In this document: positions 53,291 to 61,377 of the stretch, one piece after another
Numbering within the stretch: the stretch's first letter is position 1
Layout: each line of letters starts with the position of its first letter
From: an uncultured Jatrophihabitans sp.
GTDB lineage: Bacteria; Actinomycetota; Actinomycetes; Mycobacteriales; Jatrophihabitantaceae
Direction: 5' to 3'
NCBI GenBank assembly: GCA_964244175.1
Contig: CAXTHY010000009.1
Location: forward strand, 29-64,028
DNA: 64,000 bases
Position numbers and translations under genes: made by a program
The notes under the pieces: generated by a model
What the model saw: only the letters and a program-made list of their open reading frames with translations
The model's database searches: none
Told to the model about the DNA's origin: nothing

Positions 53291-55288
53291 TCAGCTCAGC
53301 GAGACCGTGACGTCGTCGAGATAGAAGGCGGTGGCGCGCGAACTGTCCTCCCGGCCCGTCCAGCTGATCGTGATCTTCTTGCCCGCGTAGCGCGTGGCGT
53401 CCAGCGTCCGCAGCACGTAGTGCTTGGTGCTGAGGTTGCTGTACGCCTGCCGCGTTGCGCCGTTCACGGCGACCGTCAACTTGTCGTGCGCGGTCTTCGT
53501 CTTGTCGGCACTGCTCACCCGCAGGTAGTAGCGGACGATGGCCTTGCAGCCGGCCGGGATGGTCACCGTCCGCGCGACCCGGTCGGTGTGCGTCCGGCCG
53601 TAGCCGTCCAGTCGGACGTAGTGGGTGCCGCGGTGCGCGAGGCTCGAGTGGTAGACCCGGTTCGACGACATCGCCCAGCCGGCGCGGCCGGACTCGAAGC
53701 CAGGGTTGGTGAGCGTGAGCGAGCACGACGCCGCGATCGTCCAGGTGAACGTCATGCTGTTGGTCGCGCCGGTCGCGTCGGCGGCGGTCACCGAGACCGT
53801 GCGGCGGCTCGTCGTGATCGGCGTGCCCTTGATCAGACCGGACGATGCGTTGATCGACAACCCGGCCGGCAAACCGGTGGCCTGGAAGGTCAGCGCCTGA
53901 GCACCGGAATCGTGGGCCTTGATCTGTAGTCTCGTCGCCCGCCCGACATTCCCGCTGCGAGTGCCCGGGTTCGTCATCGACACCGCATTCGCCCGGGCGT
54001 CGTCGCTGGTGAAGCCGTCGACACCGTTGGGCGTGCCGAGGCCGGTCGGGCCGTCCCATCCGGTGCCGGCATGGCACAGGGCCGCCTGCGCGCAGCTACC
54101 GTTCGAGCCGCTGGTGACATCGTTGAGGTGCGCACGGTCGACGTAGGGCGACGCGCCGGGGTGACTGCCCGCACTCGGGGTGCCGGCCAGGGCGTAGGTG
54201 GCGGCGATGATCGGCGCACTCGCGCTCGTGCCGCCGAAGACCGACCAGCCGCCGGCGGAGCCTTGGTTGTAGGTGAAGTAGACGGCCACGCCGGTGGCCG
54301 GGTCGGCCACGGCCGACACGTCGGCCGTGGCGCGCTGGGCGCAGGTCGAGGTGGCGATGACACTTTGCCAGGCCGGCTTGGCCTCCGAATCCGAACAGCC
54401 GGATCCGGTGCCGCCGTTGTCGTTGTTCCAGACCGATTCGCTCCACTTGCGCGCGGTGGACACAGCGCGGGTGAGATGGGTACCGCCGACCGCGACGACG
54501 CTGGGCGAGCTCGCCGGGTAGGACACGCCGGCGTCGTAGGCGTTGTCGCCGGTCGCGGCGGCGTAGACGACGCCGGTCGGCGCGAAGTAGCGCTTGTCGT
54601 AGGCGGGCTCGGTCCCGTCCTCGGGGCCGCCCCAACTGAGTGAGACGAACCTGGCGCCGAGCGTGTTGGCTTGCTGCACGGCTGTGAACAGGTTCTCGCC
54701 GTCGTCATCGGCCTCGACGAGGGTGATCTTGCAGAGCGGGCAGACGGCCGACACCATCTCGAGGTCGAGTGCGATCTCGGCGGCCCAGCCGTCGTCGGGC
54801 GCAGGGTAGGGGCCGGCCGCGCCCCTCTGGTTCAGCTTGCGAAAGCAGAGGTTGCTTGTGGTGCACGCCGGCAGTCCGTACTTGGCCCGGTAGACCGCGA
54901 GGTCGGCTTCGGCGTTCGGGTTGTCATAGGCGTCGACCACGTAGACGGTCTGGTCGCTGCCCTTAGTGGCCGCGGCTTGGGCGAGCGCGTAGGCCGACTG
55001 CAGGTCCGCTGGCCCGTAACCGCTGAAGGCGGTACTCGCCGCGGCGGCTTTCAGTTGGCGCCGGGCCGTGGAGGGGGGGTCGACCCGTCGCTGCGCGAAG
55101 CAGGAATAGTGCCCGGGCGCCGGCGTCTGGTCGCAGGCGTCGGCCACCTTCGCCGGAGCAGAAGTTGGAGCGGCAGCGGCCGGAGCGGCAGCGGCAGCGG
55201 CCGGCACCGCGGCGACACCGGCGGCGAGCGCGCACGTCGCGAGCACCGCACTCATCGCGCGGAGCGAGCGGGACGTGATCGCAGGCAT
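53291..55288 (-). CDS. Secreted S53 (sedolisin-like) serine peptidase with an Ig-like domain and a C-terminal beta-rich domain
   Basis: Signal peptide (MSAVLATCALAAGVAAVPA). WAAEIALDLEMV (Glu/Asp region) and GGTSASAPIIAATYAL (Ser motif). Then LTFQATGLPAGLSINASSGLIKGTP (He_PIG/Ig-like) and a C-terminal domain of about 150 aa. Confidence 0.75.
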   Translation of the reverse strand: MPAITSRSLRAMSAVLATCALAAGVAAVPAAAAAAPAAAAPTSAPAKVADACDQTPAPGHYSCFAQRRVDPPSTARRQLKAAAASTAFSGYGPADLQSAYALAQAAATKGSDQTVYVVDAYDNPNAEADLAVYRAKYGLPACTTSNLCFRKLNQRGAAGPYPAPDDGWAAEIALDLEMVSAVCPLCKITLVEADDDGENLFTAVQQANTLGARFVSLSWGGPEDGTEPAYDKRYFAPTGVVYAAATGDNAYDAGVSYPASSPSVVAVGGTHLTRAVSTARKWSESVWNNDNGGTGSGCSDSEAKPAWQSVIATSTCAQRATADVSAVADPATGVAVYFTYNQGSAGGWSVFGGTSASAPIIAATYALAGTPSAGSHPGASPYVDRAHLNDVTSGSNGSCAQAALCHAGTGWDGPTGLGTPNGVDGFTSDDARANAVSMTNPGTRSGNVGRATRLQIKAHDSGAQALTFQATGLPAGLSINASSGLIKGTPITTSRRTVSVTAADATGATNSMTFTWTIAASCSLTLTNPGFESGRAGWAMSSNRVYHSSLAHRGTHYVRLDGYGRTHTDRVARTVTIPAGCKAIVRYYLRVSSADKTKTAHDKLTVAVNGATRQAYSNLSTKHYVLRTLDATRYAGKKITISWTGREDSSRATAFYLDDVTVSLS

Positions 55289-55479
55289 GCCGAGCCTTCC
55301 GTCGTCCGGGCCGGACGAATCGGCCGGAGAAAGTGACTCTACCTTTACTTAACACGTACTAAACATTCTGGTAGTTACTCACTGCAACCAACGTCGACAG
55401 ATATCTAACACGCATCTCACAAGCGTGCTATTCTTTGATCAACGATCTGCGGGGGTCGCGCAACAGACGAGGTGACTCC

Positions 55480-55746
55480 GTGACATCGATTCAGCCGCCT
55501 TCCCTCTCGGTCATCGTGCAACGCTCGCGCGGCACCGGCCCTGGTCGCGCCACGGTGCGCGTGGGTAATGTCGAGGCCGGCTACCGCGACCTGCAGACCG
55601 GCGAAGTCCACTGCTCCGACGTCCGGTACTTCGAGATCGTCACCGACGCCACTGCCCCGATCGCCATCGCAACCGCACGCACCGGCCGGCCGCGCACGGC
55701 GCGCGTCGCCGACCTCCGCGACACCCGCTCCGCCGCGACCGGCTGA
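55480..55746 (+). CDS. Small hypothetical protein (88 aa)
   Basis: GTG 55480 in ORF 55435..55746. High G/C at third positions. It stops 15 nt before the GGDEF-EAL start. No family recognised. Confidence 0.4.
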   Translation: MTSIQPPSLSVIVQRSRGTGPGRATVRVGNVEAGYRDLQTGEVHCSDVRYFEIVTDATAPIAIATARTGRPRTARVADLRDTRSAATG

Positions 55747-55761
55747 ACGCTCTCCCCGGCA

Positions 55762-58026
55762 ATGAGGCTCATCTTCTGGCGGGTCTATCTTGCCGCCGGG
55801 ATCGCCATCGTGGGCGGCTATCTATTCGTCCCCGACGGCGTGCCGCAGGACCTCGTCTACGCCCTACTCGGCGGGTCCAGCCTTGCCGCCATCGCCGTCG
55901 GGATCAGGCTGCACAACCCGGCCCGTCAGCTCCCGTGGTGGCTGATGTTCGCCGGCCTGCTGCTCTGGGTGGCCGGCGACGCGCTCAGCAGCTGGTACGA
56001 GGACATCGCCCACGACGCCGCCTACCCGTCATGGGCCGACGCGTGCTATCTCGCCGCCTACCCCGTGATCGCCGCCGGCCTGCTGATCCTGATCCGCGGG
56101 CGGCTGCCGCGTCGCGACATCGCCGGCCTGCTCGACAGCGCCACGGTAACCGCTGGGCTCGGCCTGCTGTCGTGGGTACTGATCGCCCGGCCCACCCTGA
56201 GCGCGTCGGAACACACCCCGGCCGCAGCCATCGTCGGCGTCGCGTACCCGATGGCCGACATCCTGCTGGCCAGCATGCTGATCCGGCTCGTCACCACACC
56301 AGGTGGGCGCACGCCGGCGTTTCGCTGGCTGTTCGGTGCGGTATCTCTGCTGATCGCGGGCGACACGCTCTCGGCTGCCCTCAGTCTGTGGTCGACATCA
56401 TCGACGTCGGCCTTCGAACTCATCTGGCTCGCGTCCTACGTCGCCTGGGGCACCGCCGCTCTGCATCCCTCGATGGCCCGGCTGTCCGACCGCTCTCATG
56501 GCAACGGGGTCGACTTCTCCCGCTGGCGGCTGGCGGCGCTCGGTGTCGCGATCCTTATCGCCCCCGGCACGCTGGCAGTGCAATCGCTGGCCCATGTCAC
56601 GATCGACGTCTGGGCGGTCGTCACCGGATCGGTGGTCCTTTTCCTCCTTGTCGTCGCGCGGATGCACATCGGGATCAGACAGGTCGTCACGGCCAACCGG
56701 GAACGGGCGCGGGCGCAGCACGATCTCGTCTACCAAGCTGCGCACGACGCGCTGACCGGTCTGCCCAACCGGGCCGACGCGCTGCACCAGATCGAGGCGG
56801 CCCTGAGCCGCGCGCAGCGGACCGGCGGCCTGCTCGGGCTGCTGTTCGTCGACCTCGACGGGTTCAAGAGCGTCAACGACAGCTTCGGTCACCGCGGTGG
56901 CGACGAAGTGCTCCGGGTCGTCGGCGGCCGCCTCAGTGACCTGGTGCGCGGCGGCGATCTGGTCGCGCGCCTCGGCGGCGACGAATTCGTCGTACTGCTC
57001 GAGTGCCTCGACTCCGAAACGACCGCGCTGCACGTGGCACTGCGCCTCATCGAAACGATCTCGGCCCCGATCCGCCTCCCCCTGGCCGGCGACCACGTTG
57101 TGAGCGTCGGTGCCAGCGTCGGCATAGCGATCAGCGTGGACGGCTCCACAGACGCCGGTCGGTTCCTGCACGAGGCCGACACCGCCGTCTACCGCGCGAA
57201 GAAGGCGGGCCGGGGCCGGGTCGAGATCTTCGACGACGTGCTGCGCCACGAGCTGGCCGAAAGGGCCGAACTCGAGGCCGCACTGCGGGTCGCGATCGAA
57301 CAAGAGCAGCTGATGGTGCAGTACCAGCCGATCGTCGAACTCGCGACCGGAGGGGTCAGTGGGTACGAGGCGCTGGTGCGCTGGCAGCGTCCGCTTCAGG
57401 GGCTGCTACCGCCGTCCGCGTTCATTCCCACTGCCGAAGCGTCGAACCTTGTCTGCGACCTGGACGCGTGGGTGCTGCGTCACGCCACGGCCCAGCTCGC
57501 GCGGTGGACCGAATCGGGCGGGCCCCGGCGAACGGTGGCGGTCAACATCTCCGGACGGCACATCGGTGAGCCGCGCGTCGTCGACGACGTCCGCGCCGCC
57601 CTGGCCGAGTCTGGGTTGGACGCGCGCCAGCTCGTCCTCGAGATCACCGAAACGGTACTGACCGAGGACATGCGGGCCGTGGACCACCTGCAGCAGTTGC
57701 GGGCACTGGGCGTGGCGATCAGCATCGACGATTTCGGCACCGGCTACAGCTCGATCGCGCGGTTGCAGCACCTGCCCGTCGACGTGATCAAGATCGACCA
57801 CAGCTTCCTCGACCAGCAGCCGTCCTCGCGCGCGCTGCTCGAACTGATGGTGCACGCCGCCCATGCCTTCGGCCTGCCCGTCGTCGCGGAAGGCGTCGAG
57901 ACCGTCGAGCAGCTCGAGATGGTGCGGGCGATGAGCTGCGAGTTCATCCAGGGCTTCCACGTGGCCCGCCCCCTGACGGCCGAGCAGATCGGTCGCCTCG
58001 ACCTCAACTTCGCCGCGGCGTCGTGA
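55762..58026 (+). CDS. Membrane-anchored GGDEF-EAL protein (diguanylate cyclase/phosphodiesterase)
   Basis: About 300-aa multi-TM N-terminus. GGDEF domain (GHRGGDEVL, RLGGDEFVVLL). EAL domain (YEALVRW, DDFGTGYSS, KIDHSF). Confidence 0.9.
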   Translation: MRLIFWRVYLAAGIAIVGGYLFVPDGVPQDLVYALLGGSSLAAIAVGIRLHNPARQLPWWLMFAGLLLWVAGDALSSWYEDIAHDAAYPSWADACYLAAYPVIAAGLLILIRGRLPRRDIAGLLDSATVTAGLGLLSWVLIARPTLSASEHTPAAAIVGVAYPMADILLASMLIRLVTTPGGRTPAFRWLFGAVSLLIAGDTLSAALSLWSTSSTSAFELIWLASYVAWGTAALHPSMARLSDRSHGNGVDFSRWRLAALGVAILIAPGTLAVQSLAHVTIDVWAVVTGSVVLFLLVVARMHIGIRQVVTANRERARAQHDLVYQAAHDALTGLPNRADALHQIEAALSRAQRTGGLLGLLFVDLDGFKSVNDSFGHRGGDEVLRVVGGRLSDLVRGGDLVARLGGDEFVVLLECLDSETTALHVALRLIETISAPIRLPLAGDHVVSVGASVGIAISVDGSTDAGRFLHEADTAVYRAKKAGRGRVEIFDDVLRHELAERAELEAALRVAIEQEQLMVQYQPIVELATGGVSGYEALVRWQRPLQGLLPPSAFIPTAEASNLVCDLDAWVLRHATAQLARWTESGGPRRTVAVNISGRHIGEPRVVDDVRAALAESGLDARQLVLEITETVLTEDMRAVDHLQQLRALGVAISIDDFGTGYSSIARLQHLPVDVIKIDHSFLDQQPSSRALLELMVHAAHAFGLPVVAEGVETVEQLEMVRAMSCEFIQGFHVARPLTAEQIGRLDLNFAAAS

Positions 58027-58068
58027 CCGCGCCGAGCCGGTAGGTTCGCTGGTCGTGAGGAGCGATCG

Positions 58069-60456
58069 ATGACCGAATCGGGGGGCGCCGCGGCCAGCAG
58101 CGCCGTCGCCGATCGGTTGACCGCGTTGCAGGCACGCATCGGCCTCGGTATCACCGATGCGGCGACCAGTGACGCGCTGCGCGGGTTGCTCACCGACATC
58201 GCCGCGGCGCAGGGGACAAGCCCGGCCAGCGCGCCTGACCTGCAGTGGTGGGCTGCCGCGACCCGCGATGCCCTCGCCCTGACGCTCGTCCACCGTGGCG
58301 ACGCGTCCGGGGCGGCGAGGGAGTACCGGCAGGCGGCCGCTGTCTGGACTCAGCTGGGCGAGGACGCGCGCGGCGGTGAGTCCGCAGCTGCCGCGGTCAC
58401 CCAGGCGGTGGCGGCCGGGGGTGCCCTGGACGGCGTGATCACCGATCTCGTCGCCGACCTCGGCGCTGCGCAGGGGCTGCCGCGGGCCGCGCTGTTGGTC
58501 CGGCTCGCTCGGTTGGCCGCCGACGTCGGAGACCACTTCGAGGCCCGGCGCCGCGCCGAAGAGGCCGCACAACTCCTCGTCGGGCTCGGGTACCTGGATC
58601 CGAGCTCCGATCCGGCCGGCGCGTTCGCGACGTGGCTGCCGCCGTCGGCCGACGCGAGGGACGTCGCGACCCTGCGCAAGGTCACCACGGTGCTCACCAC
58701 GTGGGGCGCGCTGCTCGGGGTCCGCGGGGCGATCGGCGACGGCTGGGCCACCGCCGCCCTGCAGGCCCTGCCCGAGCTCAGCCGCCGGCTGATGGCCCAG
58801 GCCGGGATGCCGGCCGACGAGACGGCGCAGCGGGTGCTCCGGTTGTCGGCGCGCCTCGACCAGCTGCAGGACGCGTACGACAACAGCCCCGACACGCCCG
58901 ATCCCGCGACGTGGCAACGGTTGTACGACGCGACGCGTGCCGTCGTCACCGAGGCCGCCGAACTCGATCAGCCGACGGTGGCGGCCATGGCCCACATCCT
59001 GGAGTCGGACCTGCTGACCTGGGCCGGGCGCCCCGCCGACGCGTCGACCGTGCTGGCCACGGCCCGCGTCGAACTGCGCGCGGCACAATCAGCGCCCGAG
59101 GCCATACGCAGCGCGCTGGTGGTGCAGCTGATCCGTCGCCAGGTCGAGATCGCCGCGGCCACGCCGGACTCGGCCGCGGTCTCGCGCTTCGCCGGCGAGG
59201 GCATCGACGCGATCGAGGCCGACCGGCGGCGGCTCAACCTGCCCTACCTGCAGGACAGCTATCTGCGCGACCGGCGCCTGATCTACGTCGCCGGGATGGC
59301 CGCCGCCCGTCGCCTGGACGACCTCGACCTGCTGCTCGAGCGCGCCGACCTCGTGAAGGCCCGCGGGTCGGTGGCCTGGCTGCGTGAGGCACCCGCGCCG
59401 ATCGGGGCGATCCGGGCCTCGCTCGGGCCCGACGAGGTCGTGGTCTACCACCTGTGGGCCGACCGCACCGTGCTCTACGTGCTGAGCGTCGACCGCGACG
59501 AGATCGTCTGCGACCGCAAGCTGCTCACCGAGGGGCAACGGGCTGAGCTGGACTCGCTCGTCGCCGACTTCGCCGGACTGCGCAGCGAGGCGACCTGGCC
59601 GGATCGCGCCATCCCACCGCTCGGCGATCTGCTGTTGCCAACCGACGGTGCCCGCCTGCTGAGCGGCAAGACGCGGCTGATCGTCTCGCCCAACGGCCTG
59701 CTGCACCAGGTGCCGATGCATGCGCTGCGCTGGCAGGGCGGGCCGCTCGTCGAGTCGTTTGCCATCAGCTACGTCCCCAACTTCGCCGCCCTCACCCGGC
59801 GGCCGGCGCGCCCGGCCGCCGGGTCTGCGCTCGTCGTCGGCATCGGGGCGTTCCCGAACGCCCGGACGCTGCGCACGGCCGAGCAGGAGGCCACGGCGGT
59901 CGCCGCCCGCTACCCGCAGGCCGACCTGCTGCTCGGGCCGCAGGCCGACCGGGCCGCACTGGCCGCGCGCGTCGCCGATGGTCGGCTGGGCGGCGTCCCC
60001 ATGATCCATCTCGCCACCCACGGGCAGGACGGCCCGCTCGACGATCCCCTGGCCGCCCGGTTCCTGCTGGCCGACGGCGACGTCGAGGGCACGGCCATGG
60101 CCGGATGGCAGCTGGCGGCCGATCTCGTGGTGCTCTCGGCCTGCTGGTCGGCGCAGCGCGCGGTGCTCGGCCGCGACGGCAGCGAACTGTTCGGCGACGA
60201 GGTGTACGGCCTGCAGTCGGCGTTCTTCGCCGCCGGCGCGCGGCAGGTGCTCGGCGCGATGTGGCCGGCCCGTGACGCGGTCACCACCGCGCTCATGACC
60301 CGCTTCCACGGCCTGCTGACCACGGGGACGCCGGCCGACGTCGCCCTGCAGACCGCGATGATCGAAGCCTGGCGCGCTGACGGGTTGCTTTACCACTGGG
60401 CGCCCTACAAGCTGACCTTTCTCGGCCGCCCGCCCCAGAACATGGAGAATTCATGA
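58069..60456 (+). CDS. TPR-like/alpha-helical repeat protein with a C-terminal CHAT (caspase-fold protease) domain
   Basis: 795 aa. C-terminal region has MIHLATHGQ (His) and DLVVLSACWSA (Cys), followed by YGLQSAFFAAGARQVLGAMW, as in CHAT domains. GAGGAG RBS. Confidence 0.8.
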   Translation: MTESGGAAASSAVADRLTALQARIGLGITDAATSDALRGLLTDIAAAQGTSPASAPDLQWWAAATRDALALTLVHRGDASGAAREYRQAAAVWTQLGEDARGGESAAAAVTQAVAAGGALDGVITDLVADLGAAQGLPRAALLVRLARLAADVGDHFEARRRAEEAAQLLVGLGYLDPSSDPAGAFATWLPPSADARDVATLRKVTTVLTTWGALLGVRGAIGDGWATAALQALPELSRRLMAQAGMPADETAQRVLRLSARLDQLQDAYDNSPDTPDPATWQRLYDATRAVVTEAAELDQPTVAAMAHILESDLLTWAGRPADASTVLATARVELRAAQSAPEAIRSALVVQLIRRQVEIAAATPDSAAVSRFAGEGIDAIEADRRRLNLPYLQDSYLRDRRLIYVAGMAAARRLDDLDLLLERADLVKARGSVAWLREAPAPIGAIRASLGPDEVVVYHLWADRTVLYVLSVDRDEIVCDRKLLTEGQRAELDSLVADFAGLRSEATWPDRAIPPLGDLLLPTDGARLLSGKTRLIVSPNGLLHQVPMHALRWQGGPLVESFAISYVPNFAALTRRPARPAAGSALVVGIGAFPNARTLRTAEQEATAVAARYPQADLLLGPQADRAALAARVADGRLGGVPMIHLATHGQDGPLDDPLAARFLLADGDVEGTAMAGWQLAADLVVLSACWSAQRAVLGRDGSELFGDEVYGLQSAFFAAGARQVLGAMWPARDAVTTALMTRFHGLLTTGTPADVALQTAMIEAWRADGLLYHWAPYKLTFLGRPPQNMENS

Positions 60457-60806
60457 CCGCCTCGTCCGACGCGTCCGCCCCCATCTCGCTCGCGCTGCAC
60501 ATCGAGGGTGATGCTGCCGACGTCGGCGCGCTGCTGGCCGAGGTGCCCGAGGTCGCCACCGTCGATCATGTCTCGACGTCGGACAACCGTGACCTCGCCA
60601 CGATCGCCACCACGCTGGTCACCCTGACGACGATCGCGGCCAACGCGTCGATGCTGATCGCCACCGTCGACAAGGTGATCGACCAGCTCAAGGCCATCGC
60701 GAAGAAGCGGGGCTGGAAGATCTCGGTCGAGGTCGGCCGCAAGAACGTCGACGTCCACAGCGTCACGGCCGAGCAGAAGGAAACGCTGGCCCAGCCCGCC
60801 TCGTAG
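60453..60806 (+). CDS. Small (117 aa) partner protein of the CHAT gene, EACC1-like layout
   Basis: ATGA overlap with the CHAT stop. N-terminal strand plus acidic segment, a Thr/Ala/Ile-rich hydrophobic stretch (LATIATTLVTLTTIAANASMLIATV), and a basic beta-like tail (KKRGWKISVEVGRKNVDVHSV). Confidence 0.6.
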   Translation: MTASSDASAPISLALHIEGDAADVGALLAEVPEVATVDHVSTSDNRDLATIATTLVTLTTIAANASMLIATVDKVIDQLKAIAKKRGWKISVEVGRKNVDVHSVTAEQKETLAQPAS

Positions 60807-60840
60807 CGCCGCCGCCGCCCGGGCTTGGCAGGATCAGGTA

Positions 60841-61371
60841 GTGACCATCGACAGTGAGACCAGCAGCGCGTGGTTGACCCGCGAAGAGCTCGACAACGCG
60901 CGCGAACGGTTGCCGATCCTCTACATCGACGCCATCCCGGTGCGCGTTGATCAGACCGGTGAGGTGACGTCGGTCGGCCTGCTGCTGCGTGCCACCGGGC
61001 ACGGCGGGATCAGCCGGGCGCTGGTGTCCGGCCGCGTCCTCTACGGCGAGCGGGTCCGGCAGGCCCTGCTGCGGCACCTCGAGAAGGACCTCGGGCCGCT
61101 GGCACTGCCCCGCGTCCCGCCCTCGCCGCAGCCGTTCACGGTGGCCGAGTACTTCCCCGTCCCGGGGGTGACGCCGTTTCACGACCCGCGCCAGCACGCG
61201 GTCTCGCTCGCCTATGTCATCCCGGTCGAGGGCGACTGCGCACCCCAGCAGGACGCGCTCGAGCTGGCCTGGATGACGCCGGCCCAGGCCCGCGACGAGC
61301 GCATGCTGGCCGAGATGCACGGTGGTCAAGGAGTGCTGCTGCAGCAGGGTCTCGCGCACATCGGCTGCTGA
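60841..61371 (+). CDS. NUDIX-fold-like protein with a degenerate NUDIX box (possibly the DUF4916 family)
   Basis: GTG 60841. GRVLYGERVRQALLRHLEKDLG fits Gx5Ex7R-U-x-G spacing, but the catalytic REUxEE glutamates are replaced (RHLEKD). Confidence 0.55.
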   Translation: MTIDSETSSAWLTREELDNARERLPILYIDAIPVRVDQTGEVTSVGLLLRATGHGGISRALVSGRVLYGERVRQALLRHLEKDLGPLALPRVPPSPQPFTVAEYFPVPGVTPFHDPRQHAVSLAYVIPVEGDCAPQQDALELAWMTPAQARDERMLAEMHGGQGVLLQQGLAHIGC

Positions 61372-61377
61372 CTCCAG

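Noticed and set aside
57406-59088. 560-aa minus-strand ORF spanning the GGDEF-EAL/CHAT junction
   Set aside because: It is antisense to two genes with clear domain motifs, and its translation is Arg/Gly/Pro-rich with no recognisable domain.
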